A stretch of 60,733 bases of DNA, filler included, from Basidiobolus ranarum (lineage: Eukaryota), in the NCBI GenBank assembly GCA_040143965.1. It is 8 parts of 8 records of this genome, joined end to end, with 100 filler letters (N's around TTAATTAATTAA, not from the genome) between each part and the next. Parts side by side here need not be neighbours in the genome. Positions count along the whole stretch, not along the records: positions 7,626 to 15,143 come from JASJQH010007983.1; positions 15,244 to 22,758 come from JASJQH010007984.1; positions 22,859 to 30,372 come from JASJQH010007985.1; 5 more parts are not named here. One strand, given 5' to 3'. Every line of letters starts with the position of its first letter. The first letter of the stretch is position 1. Of this stretch, positions 12,128-23,989 are shown piece after piece. The position numbers and the translations under genes were made by a program. The notes beneath the pieces are model-generated. The model was given only the letters and a program-made list of their open reading frames with translations, did no database searches and was not told the origin of the DNA.

Positions 12128-14705
12128 ATGGCTGAGGAACTGAGACAGTTCGCTATGGAAGGTTCACTATTTTAGTTTATTGAAGTTTTTCTATGCGTGT
12201 AACGGTAATAAGCACAAAGCTTTGTAGCGCTGACAGTCATTTTCATTTTTTATTGTCATAGGTGGAATCGGCACTTGTGTTGCTGAGGAGGATGCCTCTA
12301 AGTTGGTTAAGAATACGTTGCCCTTTTTTACAGGCATGTTGGAGACGTTACCAGACATAAAATCATATGAATTTACGTTTAACAATTTCTCTTGAAAAGG
12401 CGACATAATTGTAATACTTGACCACATCAAAGATGACATCTACCAGGTATTATTTTGCCTCATTGGTTTACCATATTCCTGCATTAAAACTATGTCACTA
12501 TTCAGGGGTATTGTGACGACAGAATTGGCCACTTCTCTATTGATTCTGTACACGTAATTTACTTGAATGTGGTCGGAACTCCTGTTCGCAGAAGAGATAC
12601 TCTATATAATGATGTCAAAGGTATAAGTAGAAGAGCAAAAGGTAGAGGACGAGACAATAGTATGTTACTCGACACTGAAAATCAGCCCGTAGATCTGCGT
12701 AAGTTAACGCTAATAGATACCTCCGAAAACGCAAGCAATGTCAGTGTAGTTGTGAAATCTAATGGAGAATATAAAGAGAACGATACAGATTCAAATAACA
12801 CATATACTACCAAGTCAGCAACAGAGTTGGCTACTTCTCTCGAAAAAGACCCCGTATACAATACATCACCTTTACAAGTTCCAGCATCAAATGAAAGTTC
12901 TGATGGAGTCACAATTCTTTTGACACCATCGCATGAAGCGAACACCATTGATGTGCAAGGATACTCTTCCAAAGAGGAGTGTGACGACATCACCAAGGAG
13001 GTCAGCCTTGCCAGAAACGAAGAGGAGATATCCAGTTTAAACAGTGGAAGCGCAAGTTCGCTTCCTCGTACGATGTCTAAGAGTTCTGCGTTCGATGACG
13101 ATCCTGAAGAGCCATTTAATCATCCTGAAGAGACGGACCACTCCAATCCAGGATCTACTAATCAACATTTGACTGTAGATAATTATGGTTTTTTGTGTGA
13201 TGCATCCGACTCTGAAAGCTTTATAAGTATTCAAGATTTAGGGTAATCTACTGTACTTCATGATATTGATATCGACATTTCTTAACTCCGTTCCTAGAGC
13301 GCAACACTCTCGTCTGGGAAGAGTCTTGGGTTTACACAAAGACAAAGAGGCTAAATGGATTGAAATCCTTTCCGGCTATAATGTTGACTATGTCAAGCAT
13401 TCAACACGGGTTAGTGTTTACACTTTAATGAATCGATGACATGGCCGATGAATGACACATGTGTATGAAGGTTAAGCGGTTGGTAGGCTATGGCATTCCG
13501 GATTCACTTCGAGGCCAGGTGTGGCAATACTTGGCGGATAGCCATGCATATCGTCAGCCAGGATTGTATCAAGTTGGTTGCTTCTACGAATCAAACTTAA
13601 ATAATTTCCAGCTGTATTGACTCTATCGTATTTGATGTGTTCAGGAGCTTTTATCGAAAGAAAGGTTGGAAATTTACGACGTTATTGAAAAAGACATCCA
13701 AAGATGTTACCCGGATCACATCATGTTTTATGAAGCCAACGGTGATGGGTATGGTCCATATATTACTAGCCTTCATGCGAACGCTAATAATAGCGTCCGT
13801 TCATTACTACTTAGACAAGTAAATCTATACGACGTCCTAAAAGCCTACGCCCAATACAACCCCGAGGTTGGCTACTGTCAAGGAATGGGTCGTTTAGTAG
13901 GGATGATGTTGATGCAAAACATATCTCCAGAGGTAAAACGACGCGTTTATGAAATGCACATATTCTTGCGTTTAACATCGTTCATGCTTCAGGATACATT
14001 TTGGTTGCTTGTGGCCACCATTGATAAGTATCTCTCTGGATACTACACTCCTACATTATCTAAATTACGAATCCATGCTGCGGTTTTTGATCGGCTCCTG
14101 TTAATGCACAATCCCAAGTTGCACCGAAAATTGGTACAGCGACAAAGCACTTTCGGTATTGAACATCACTAATATACTACTCCAAAGGCCTCCAATGACG
14201 TAGTTCCTCTAATGTACATGACGCAATGGTTTCTTACTGTGTATACCATGACATTACCTTGGTCGACCGTACTTCATGTCTGGGATCTGTTGTTCCTTAG
14301 AGGTTAGTTTTGTATCTACAGGTTAGATGGCACGCTTGACATTGACCTCTTTTGGATGTCTACTGCAGGCGTAAAAGTGCTATTTCGTATCGGCTTAGCC
14401 ATTCTAGATTGTTGTAAAGGTAAGTGTGGAGTAGGTAGATGGACTTGCATGGACATGTCCTAAGCTTTCGTTTGAATATAGACCACCTTCTCAACCATTG
14501 TCCATCGAACACTGAAATTCTTTCTTTCCTACTCCATATTCCTCACGAGTTACTCCAACCAAATGCTATTCTAGAAGCATCGAAAAAAGTAAATCTCAAA
14601 ACAAGCGATATCGAAAAGCTCTCCAAGAAGGCCGAAGAACTAGGACTTGCAGATAGAGGACCTACTAGAGATACCAAAAAGTTAAGAAAGAGAGGATTGA
14701 TTTAG
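12128..14705 (+). CDS. Rab-GAP TBC-domain protein with N-terminal SH3-like domain, multi-exon
   Basis: Spliced N-terminus MAEELRQFAMEGGIGTCVAEEDA...LPFFTGDIIVILDHIKDDIYQGYCDDRIGHF; low-complexity linker; VDNYGF; GIPDSLRGQVWQYL; IEKDIQRCYP (Arg finger); YNPEVGYCQGMG (Gln finger); YMTQWFLTVY; VWDLLFL. Confidence 0.9.
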
Positions 14706-15143
14706 TCAGCTTAATTATACTTGTATTGAAGAAATGAAATCCATCTATTTACAACCTACTTACGAGATGCCTCTCAATATCCAATTCCATACTCTTCTAT
14801 TGTATATAGCCTGGACCTTCCTTTACCAACAAGATAAAGCTCCTGTTTTCTAATAGCCATTGACTATATCCGTGACACACCTTTCTTGATCTCACGGTCA
14901 TGTGTAAGCGACAAAAGTGATGGAGGTAGTACATCTAGTTTAGATACCAATATTTCCCGAAGAGTGGGAGGGGTATAGAGGCACCAGTGTTTACTAATGA
15001 TCCTTATCAGCCACCAAAACATCTCTAAACTACGATGGGCTTGGCCAGCTGTGGTCACTGACCAAATATTAAAGTTTGATGCGATTCAGAGTATGCCCTG
15101 AGTTATGACAAAGTAGTTAGTGGATAAAACGCATTGGCTTCTG

Positions 15144-15243
15144 NNNNNNNNNNNNNNNNNNNNNNNNNNNNNNNNNNNNNNNNNNNNTTAATTAATTAAN
15201 NNNNNNNNNNNNNNNNNNNNNNNNNNNNNNNNNNNNNNNNNNN
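15144..15243. other. Artificial contig linker
   Basis: 44 N + TTAATTAATTAA + 44 N. Confidence 0.99.
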
Positions 15244-15776
15244 GACTTAATCGCGTTGCCAAGGCTGCTCGTCTCGCTCCGCGGCCCGTTGACGGACTTC
15301 TCAGACCTGCCGTCAGCTGCCCTACCATCAAGTACAACACCAAGCCTAGATCCGGTAAGGGTTTCACCTTGGAAGAACTCAAGGAAGCTGGTATCAGACG
15401 TAAGGAAGCTATGACCATTGGTATCTCTGTTGATCACCGTCGTCGTAACAAGTCCGATGAATCTCTTAACTTGAACGTTCAACGTCTCAAGGCTTACAAG
15501 GCCAAACTCATTGTCTTCCCCAAGAAGGCTGGTAAGGCCAAGAAGGGAGACAGTGAAGCCACCGATGTTGCTGAAGCCAAGCAACTTTCTGGCCCTGTTA
15601 TGCCTGTCACCCAAGTCTACAAGAAGGAGAAGGCTCGCAAGGTCACTGATGAAGAGAAGAGTGCCTCTGCTTATGCTACCCTTCGTAACGTTCGTTCTGA
15701 GCAACGTTACCGTGGTATTCGTGAAAAGCGTGCTAAGCTTAAGGCTGAAGAGGAAGCCCAAAAGGTTAAGAAGTAA
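15244..15776 (+). CDS. RPL13: 60S ribosomal protein L13 (eL13), 3' part
   Basis: [42 protein letters not shown]...[33 protein letters not shown]; strong codon bias. Confidence 0.97.
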
Positions 15777-18700
15777 ACAACTTTTCAACATACTACGCAA
15801 TAAAACATTTTCAATCGTGTGGAATTGTAGCATATATTTCCTGACTAAATTCATCTCATTAACATTGAGTTGTTGATGGTTTAGTAACAGTTTATTCACC
15901 ACTGCTCACCATGTCTTTACTGGGATTTGCAATTATGTTTCATATAAGGTTTGAACAAGGGGTAATGGTAATAGCGTATGTATTAGAGTATAACTATCTC
16001 ACGAAGTAAAATATTAGCAGAAACCTCAATAATGAACAGCAGTTGATGATGAGCCAAATCCTAGTAGGAGGGAAATATCCCCCGAGAGCGGTTAGTGAAA
16101 GCCGCTTTATATTTAAATTCACGTTGGTGATAGAGAAGAAAACCATAAACATCTGAGGTTTGAGGTAATAAGGAAATATTTCAAATGAGTTGGTTAATTT
16201 TATATGTGTAGAGCTCTACATATCGACTCATAAGAATCTACCAAATTACATGACTAGTAGCTGAAGTGCAGTAGATATTCTCGTTCAAAAGTCGCGTCTG
16301 TTAAAAACATGTAACATAGATGAAGAATATCTGTCTAGACAACTGCAGCAAAGAGCCAAGTAACATCCTAATTTCCAATCTTGGTACTTGCACTCAAGTT
16401 CCCGTTATAAATTATCTCCATGTGAGATTCAGATAATAAGAAATATCCTAAATGAGTAAATACCATAATATTTTTGGCAAATTTGAAGGCTCTTGATGCT
16501 TTGATACTCAATGTTGGTAATTGCAGCAATCATCAGACGAGAGAGTGTTCTCAGTTGCATCAATATCTATCATGAAATGAAATTCATTTCAATACAACAT
16601 CAATTTAGCAATGAATTTTTTAATGTGATGCGAGTACACAGCGGTAAGGTTCCTGATCTTCCCCAACTATACACAACCAGCTGAGATTACAAATTACCTC
16701 ACAGAATTCAAGGATTTTGGTCCAATCAAAACGCCCATACGCTTGAAAATCAAGCTTTTGCTATTCTGATTCCCGACACTGCTGGTTCGAGATACATCGC
16801 AAGATCACCAATGATGCACAGGCTAGCAAAAGAAGAAATCCCACTAATCCATTCGCAATATCCATAGCTCAACCAATATTATGGAACAAGGACAAACCTT
16901 GGATGTTACGTGTAGTTCCTCTCAATTATACCTTATATATAATGGGTACCACCAGCGCTGCACAAGATATTACAGGTTGGTCATTGTGTACCACTTTAAT
17001 GGCTTTAATTATTGCCTGAAATGGAGCTAGTAGAAGACAGGGGTTGATGATAATTCGTAAACCATCCAATTTGTCTTTGTGATGAGCCGCCTCCTCTTAT
17101 GCCCGCAGATTTAGCTTTTGGGGCAAACATAGGACAATCTTTTCATTAGCATTAGATCAGTACCATCAACTGTCTTTGCGCGTGTTCAAATTCCCCTGTA
17201 AACGACATATCGCCATCATTTAGATAATATTGAATGGTACATTTTGTTTGAGAGATTTGACTCTAGATTAAATTGAATTGACTAGCACTTCAATTTTATT
17301 CCGACCAAAAGAGCAATACTGGCATCTCCATCTCTGACACTATATATACAGCAGTTGCCTAAGAAGCAAGTATCAGAGAGGTATATGTCCTTTCTAGTGA
17401 GTGCTCTAAAGTACAATAGTAATGAAGGTAAGATCACCATACCATACATATGGTAGTAAATAGGTTTGACCAGAAAGCCATACACTTGTGTGGTAGTCAA
17501 GTGCTGATCTATTGTCGATACCGCTCTAATGGGGTTTAACAAGAGCCATGTCTCCTTGGATGTTTGCGTAGATAGGGTTGATGTAAGGTGGAATATAAGT
17601 GTTGTATGTGAATATTCAAACTTGATTATCGGAGCATAAGCGATGGATAACAGCCTCCATATGACTCTTGAAAGGGACTCGAGGGCAGCGCTTTCTCGCA
17701 AGTATGATGGGCTCAAGAAACCCCTTTAAACGAGAGACGACTATGTCCAAGGCTGAATACCTACATGAAGTTACCGATGTCTTGTTTGGTTAAAGATCAG
17801 TACTATTAAGCAGAGAATTTGAAGAGTGAACTCGAACTCGCTTAAATCCCAGAGCTGTATTATGGATGATCATGTTTAGAGATTAGTACCAATAGCTGGC
17901 CATAGACTGAACATTTACCTGCTATTTTTAGAATCCATGGTGGCAATTATGTCATTGATCTCGATAATTTCAACATGACTCCCACATGTGCTTGGACTAG
18001 GTACAGCTCGGAAGGAGGTCAGCCAGTCCACCATGTTTTGTCCACTTATACCCAGTTGATGAGACCATTGCCCGAAATTCACCGTAAAATCCGCAAAATC
18101 CGGATAACCCTTATTCTTGACTTACCATTGGGAATTTACCATGAATGTGAAGCGCCTTCCATATTCGGAAATAATTTTCGCGAGGTAACTCGAATTGAAT
18201 ATCCAATATGCAGAAAGCTAGTACACGTTTTCTGTAACTCATTAGTGTAAAATGCCACATATCTCGCCATCTAGCCTCTTTCACTCCTGATTCGGTTCAC
18301 AATGTTTTGGTATTGCTTTGACGACTGTCAACATCACGTTCCCCATTCAACACTAAGTAGCTCGTGTGTTTGGTAGTATTGCAGTTGCTGATGGAGTGGT
18401 CGAGCACCCAGTGCCTCTGGCTCTAACGACCATCGTTGGTGGGAGTCTGCTTCCAGAATGATGCTGGAGGGGGGCCATCCAATTCATACATATTCAGCCA
18501 TCGCTTCATTGCACTAACTCTAGTTCCATAAATTAACCTTGCAAACATCGAGTGATGCCCGTGAGTGCACGAATGGAAACAACAATGTGCATTCCTCAGT
18601 TCCTCTGGAATCCCCTCAAGCTCCATGTGATCTGATGATCAAATTTCTCAGTGCAACTTCGAATCCATTGTCCATTGGCTTGGAAAATCTTAATTCTCGC

Positions 18701-19355
18701 TTAAGTTGGATTCTCAACCAGTTTCAAGATACTTGCGCTTAAAAACGTTCGTGGATCTACTTTCACCTACAGGTGCAGCGAATCAAGGGCACCAAAGATG
18801 TACGACGACATTCATCAGCTACATGCGATTCACAGAGTGCAGCGATTCCACTGACATCAGGCTTTACTGAGGCTATTCTAACTCAGGTGGGATCATCGTT
18901 GTGCAGTTTCCATTGGATGGGTCTGAGGATAATTGATCATGCTGAGCCAGAGCACCTCTATCCATCAATACAATAAGGTCGGGAATATTTAGGGCATTGC
19001 GCTTTGATTGGCTATTGGGCAATGTACATAATTGCATTCCAATTAGATTGTAATTTGCCATGGCTTTTGGTCACTAATCTATCCTGAATCCAAGTCAGTT
19101 TTATCCTACGATTCCCCATATTGTATTCAAGAGCACAGAATACTGTGAATCAATTCTTCCGACTAGCCTACAGCGGATTTTGACCTGTCCTTAATATTAA
19201 TATAAACAAATCCCATTGATTTCTCTTGAAGATTTCTTTACTCTTTTGTCTTCCATATTCATCCACCTTTAAACAGACTTCATTTTCTCTCTCTCTTCTT
19301 TCCTTCACCCTCCCTCAATCGCAACTCCCTTTCAATCCGAACCTTTTAAAATATC

Positions 19356-20052
19356 ATGAGTAAACCCGTTATTCCCCTTCACAAAGTCATCATGGTCGGA
19401 AGTGGTGGTGTTGGTAAATCCGCCTTGACTTTGCAATTCATGTATGGAGATTTCGTAGAGGAGTATGACCCAACCAAGGCCGATTCATACCGTAAGAAGG
19501 TTGTTTTGGATGGAAGCGAATGCCAAATAGATATTCTTGATACTGCTGGTCAAGAAGAATATGCTGCTGTAAGTGAGCCATGTCCTTCCAACTCGAGTAC
19601 ACTATATATTAAGTTTCTTCCTCTGATAGATTCGGGATAATTACTATCGCTCCGGGGAAGGTTTCCTCTGTGTATTCTCCATTTGTGAACACGAATCTTT
19701 TCAACATGCTGACGATTTTCGTGACCAGATTCTCCGTGTATTAGACGATTCTTCGGTGAGTTAGTTTCTTGATATTTATTTAAACTCTTTCTAACTAACA
19801 AGAAACCTCTTTTAGATACCTTTTATTTTGGTAGGTAATAAGACTGATTTAGATCATCTTCGTAAAGTAAGTCGCGAAGAAGCTGAAGCCAAAGCACAAG
19901 AATGGGGCTGCACTTACGTGGAAACCAGTGCCAAGACTAGGGAAAATGTGGAACAAGTTTATACCGATGTAATGCGTAAAATTCAAAACCGCAAGTCAGT
20001 CACTAAGATTTCCACTAAAACTAGTAGTCAAGGGTGTTGCATCTTGCTTTAA
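19356..20052 (+). CDS. RAL: Ral-family small GTPase (3 exons)
   Basis: [23 protein letters not shown], effector loop [55 protein letters not shown]-terminal CCILL. Introns at about 19569-19629 and 19756-19815. Confidence 0.93.
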
Positions 20053-20454
20053 GAAGTACGTGAAGAACTTCACAAAAATAGTGAAGGAAATTTTCATACT
20101 CTTTGCTGTCTGCTTTCCCCTCCCCCCTTATCCACCTCTTCTATCTCTCTTTTGCTTAGCAAGAAATACTTCCTCCTCGTATGGTATCGTGGTTCCCGAA
20201 AAAACTCCCAACTTATTTTACTACATTCTTTTTGATTTGTCCTACTATGCTAACCTAAGTAAGCCAACTTTTAGACTTGGTTCGAAAAGGAGGCATTATC
20301 TAGGTCTTTTCCTTTCCTTTCGTTTCGATTTATATCCAAGTCCATTTTTTCTGGTTCAAATATTCGCCAATATACAAACTGTTTTAACCTAAAGTAGAAG
20401 GAAGTGGAATTATTTTGGTTTTTCTTTTCTTTTCTTTGCAACTACTCGAATTTC

Positions 20455-20642
20455 CTTTCTCTTCTCTTCCCTTCCCTTACCTTACCTTACCTTCTCTTCA
20501 CTTTTCAATTTAGGTGGTTGCTATTACCAATCATCTTCATCTTCACCTTCTCCACTCCCATTAAAATTCAAAGTGAATTGTAAGGAAAATAAACGTTTGA
20601 ATCACATTACGGGACTCAGCCTCACCCTCACCCTCACCCAAC
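20455..20642 (+). repeat. Pyrimidine-rich simple repeats: (CCTTA/CCTTC)n and (CTCACC)3
   Basis: Directly visible downstream of the Ral stop codon. Confidence 0.6.
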
Positions 20643-20918
20643 CGTATGGAAACATCGAATCAGATCAATATAGAAAAGGCTATATTTAAAAGTTCAAAAT
20701 GGATAAAGTAGAGGCCATTCAGTTACATTCACCCATTCATCTATCGAAATCCAATGTGGATGCTATGGTGAAATACCATTACATGCACACTGATACTGAT
20801 ACTCCATTGGTTGATACATGTTCATAGAATATTAGTATTTCTGATATAATCGAGATTTTTAGAGGAGGATTGAATTTAATTATATTTATGGATTCTATTA
20901 GATATTATACATAGTAAA

Positions 20919-21345
20919 TGTTGAAGTGTTTAAGAGTTTATTGGAAGTGGTTCGGAGAACTAGAAGAATTGGTGGTTTTTACTTGTTAATTTATAAATGT
21001 AGAAAGTTAACTTTTATAGTTTTGTCAAGATCTGAACCAATAAACATGTAGAATGTGTTAAGGAAGGTCCCAGAAACATGTGTGCAAAGGTTGGGGCTTC
21101 TAAGGCAAGTATGAAAAATTTATGTATCTGAGAACTGCTAGGTTGGTAAGTATATTCTGAGCAAATTCTTATTGAGAATAGGGTGTGATATCTTAGTATA
21201 ATATGAAATAACTAAATACAAAGCTATATATGACTATATAGGTGCTTAGGCTATGCTAGGTTTCACACTCTCCCTTGGCTCAATAGTCATATAAACTATT
21301 CCCAAGGAAGCACTAAGTGTCTCAAGTTTTTTCCAGTAAGCTTAT
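20919..21345 (-). mobile_element. 3' end of a copia element: RNase H tail, PPT and 3' LTR (family A, 21267-20919)
   Basis: The minus strand reads ...KKLETLSASLGIV, then purine tract AAGGGAGAG directly before TGTGAAA..., followed by a full ~349-bp family A LTR ending TTCAACA. Confidence 0.78.
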
Positions 21346-21403
21346 TCTCTATGCTCTCCCTGATATATGATGTCTAATATCAATATATTTGTATCTAGTA
21401 TGG

Positions 21404-21633
21404 GTTAAGGTGTTTTGGGTGTTTGTTGGAAGTGGTTTAGCAAACTAGAAGAATCATTAATTTCACTTTAAGATACATTGAGTAAGCAATTAACATTTGC
21501 ATTTATGTCAAGAGATAAATATTCCAGTATGTAGAATATGATAAGAAAGGGCTCAGGAACATGTATGCAAAGTGTGGGGCTTTTAGCACATGTTTGAAAA
21601 ACCTGTATATTTGAGAGCTTGAAAGTAGGTAAC
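21404..21633 (-). mobile_element. Copia LTR family A, partial (interrupted by family B LTR)
   Basis: Matches the 3' two-thirds of family A in reverse orientation and stops at TGTTGAAG at 21634. Confidence 0.7.
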
Positions 21634-21970
21634 TGTTGAAGTTACATATACTTTTAAGTCAGATATTAGATTCTGGGAAATATCAGTTGTGTACTTGGAA
21701 TTAATTTAATATTTGTTTGATTTAGATTAATGATATTTAGGATGCTCAAACTTGTAGAAATTTTAAAGCTGCCCTAAAGCCTCCAAACTTTATATACAGA
21801 ATCCTGACATGTTTCTATCCTGAACTCATTATTAGCTTACAGTATTTCTGACAAAAGTATAAATCCCAAAGTTCCAACCAATAAACTAATAGGTCATATC
21901 CATACTTTCTTATCACAATCCATTTCACATCCATACTCCCTGAGAATTCCAAACAGGTTATGAGCCCCAG
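21634..21970 (+). mobile_element. Copia 5' LTR family B (21634-21955) + PBS
   Basis: TGTTGAAG...CCAAACA followed immediately by GGTTATGAGCCCCAG. Confidence 0.75.
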
Positions 21971-22005
21971 CTTTGCAGCTTTGGAAGATGCATACTGTTC
22001 ATTTT

Positions 22006-22415
22006 TGTTGAAATTAGCATTGCCTAAACACCTATACAGTCTTATACAGCTTTGTACTTAGTTATCTTATATTTCACTAAGATATTATACATTATTCTCA
22101 ATTGGAATTTACTTTGAATATTTTCACCAACTTAGAAGTTCTCAGATATACAGATTAGCAAACTGATGCTAGAAGCCACAAACTTTGCACACATGCCCCT
22201 GGGACCTTCCATAACATATTCTACATGATAGCTTGTATACATCTTGACAAAACAATAAATGTCAACTTTCTACTCAATAAATCAATAAGTGAAAACCACC
22301 AAGTCCTCTAATTCTGCAAACAACTTCCAACAGGCTCCCAAATACTTTAACAGGTTATGAGCCCCAAGCTTGCACTCTCTGTAATGTCTACTTCTCAAAT
22401 TTATGGAACTTTTCA
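22006..22415 (+). mobile_element. Copia 5' LTR family A (22006-22352) + PBS + leader
   Basis: TGTTGAAATTAGC...TACTTTAACA followed by GGTTATGAGCCCCAAGC and the same leader as the copy at 23220-23274. Confidence 0.88.
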
Positions 22416-22561
22416 TTGGGAAAATATGGGCTGTTTGGAGAAACTTTAGAAAAGTGGAGTTGTGAATAGCTTTGTGAGATAATTATTTATTGTCCAGAAA
22501 TAAAGCATCTATACATTTTGATAGAAATAGAAAAAACTAACACTGTGGTTGTGTTCAGAAC

Positions 22562-22758
22562 TGTTGAAATTAGCATTGCCTAAACACCTATATAGTCATA
22601 TATAGCTTAGTACTTAGTTATCTTATAAATCACTAAGATATTATCATTTATTCTCAATTGGAATTTACTTGGAATATTTTTACCAACTTAGAAGTTCTCA
22701 GATATATAGATTTTTCAAACTTGTGCTAGAAGCCCCAAACTTTGCACACATGTTCCTG
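22562..22758 (+). mobile_element. Copia LTR family A, cut by contig end
   Basis: Starts TGTTGAAATTAGC; high identity to 22006-22352. Confidence 0.85.
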
Positions 22759-22858
22759 NNNNNNNNNNNNNNNNNNNNNNNNNNNNNNNNNNNNNNNNNN
22801 NNTTAATTAATTAANNNNNNNNNNNNNNNNNNNNNNNNNNNNNNNNNNNNNNNNNNNN
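22759..22858. other. Artificial contig linker
   Basis: 44 N + TTAATTAATTAA + 44 N. Confidence 0.99.
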
Positions 22859-23096
22859 ATCTATAGCCCCTATATTCTAAATAGGAATATCTCTATATCT
22901 ATATAACAAGTATGTCTTATTATCCCCACTTATCTACTATATCTGATTACACAAACTCCTGAATATCTCTAACAATTAATTTACTTTTCTACTATATAAG
23001 TCACCATGTACTCTTGAAAAAAGTAACTAAAACACACTATTGTAAGTTGCTTCTAATACATAAAGTCCACCCCCATTATGTCAAGATCCTCCAACA
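22859..23096. mobile_element. LTR family C, partial, abutting/inserted into gag of a family A element
   Basis: Aligns by eye with 1621-1859 and ends GATCCTCCAACA. Confidence 0.82.
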
Positions 23097-23973
23097 GTTT
23101 TGCATTGTTTTCTTCTCCTACAACAGTGTGCCAAAGTCCTTTTTATTGCAGCAGCATTTTCATTTTAATTTTCCAAACTTGATAAATAGTTCATCCAATT
23201 TTTCAGAAGAGGGAAAAGATCCATAAATTTGAGAAGTAGATATTATAGAGAGTGCCAGCTTGGGGCTCATAACCTGTTAAAGTATTTGGGAGCCTATTGA
23301 AAGGGGTTTGGAGAGTTAGAGAAATTGGTGGTTTTCACTTGGTGATTTATTGAGTAGAGAGTTGACATACATAGTTTTGTCAGGATGTAAGCACACTAAT
23401 GTGTAGATGTACTAAGGAAGGTCCCAGAAACATCTGTGCAAGGTTTGGGGCTTCTAGCACAAGTTTGAAAATCTATAAATCTGAGATCTTCCAAGTTGGT
23501 AAAAAGATTCTAAGTAAATTCTGATTGAGGATTATGGATAATATCTTGATGAATTTTAAGATAACCAAGTACTTGTTGAAATTAGCATTTCCTAAGCACC
23601 TATATAGTCATATATAGCCTAGTACTTAGTTATCTTAAAATTCATCAAAATATTATCCATAATCCTCAATCAGAATTTACTTAGAATCTTTTTACCAACT
23701 TGGAAGATCTCAGATTTATAGATTTTTCAAACTTGTGCTAGAAGCCCCAAACTCTGCACACATGTTTCTGGGACCTTCCTTAACACATTCTACATGTTAG
23801 TTTGTTTATATCTTGACAAAACTATAAATGTCAACTTTCTACTCCATAAATCAATAAGTGAAAACCACCAATTCCTCTAATTCTCCAAACCACTTGCAAC
23901 AGGCTCCCAAATACTTTAACAGTACTAAGCTATATTTGACTATATAGATGCTTAGGCAATGTTAACTTTAAGT
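23097..23973 (-). mobile_element. 5' end of a copia element: family A LTR (about 23973-23275, split by a nested LTR), PBS and gag N-terminus relic
   Basis: Minus strand: ...TTTAACA GGTTATGAGCCCCAAGC, then a frameshifted EKLDE.IYQVWKIKMKMLLQ*KGLWHTVVGEE, a typical copia gag N-terminal motif. Confidence 0.85.
23574..23921 (+). mobile_element. Solo LTR family A (348 bp) with 5-bp TSD GTACT, nested in an inverted family A LTR
   Basis: TGTTGAAAT...ACTTTAACA; GTACT at 23569-23573 and 23922-23926. The host LTR sequence continues on both sides. Confidence 0.92.
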
Positions 23974-23989
23974 GATATTATTATTGACT

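Noticed and set aside
15192-15902. 236-aa antisense ORF and a 121-aa alternate-frame ORF over RPL13
   Set aside because: Shadow ORFs caused by strong codon bias; the antisense one runs into the linker.
16000-19100. Scattered 60-144 aa ORFs between RPL13 and Ral, including an HTH/transposase-like fragment near 18423-18626
   Set aside because: No consistent motif series or splice model could be built; may be very old TE or pseudogene debris.
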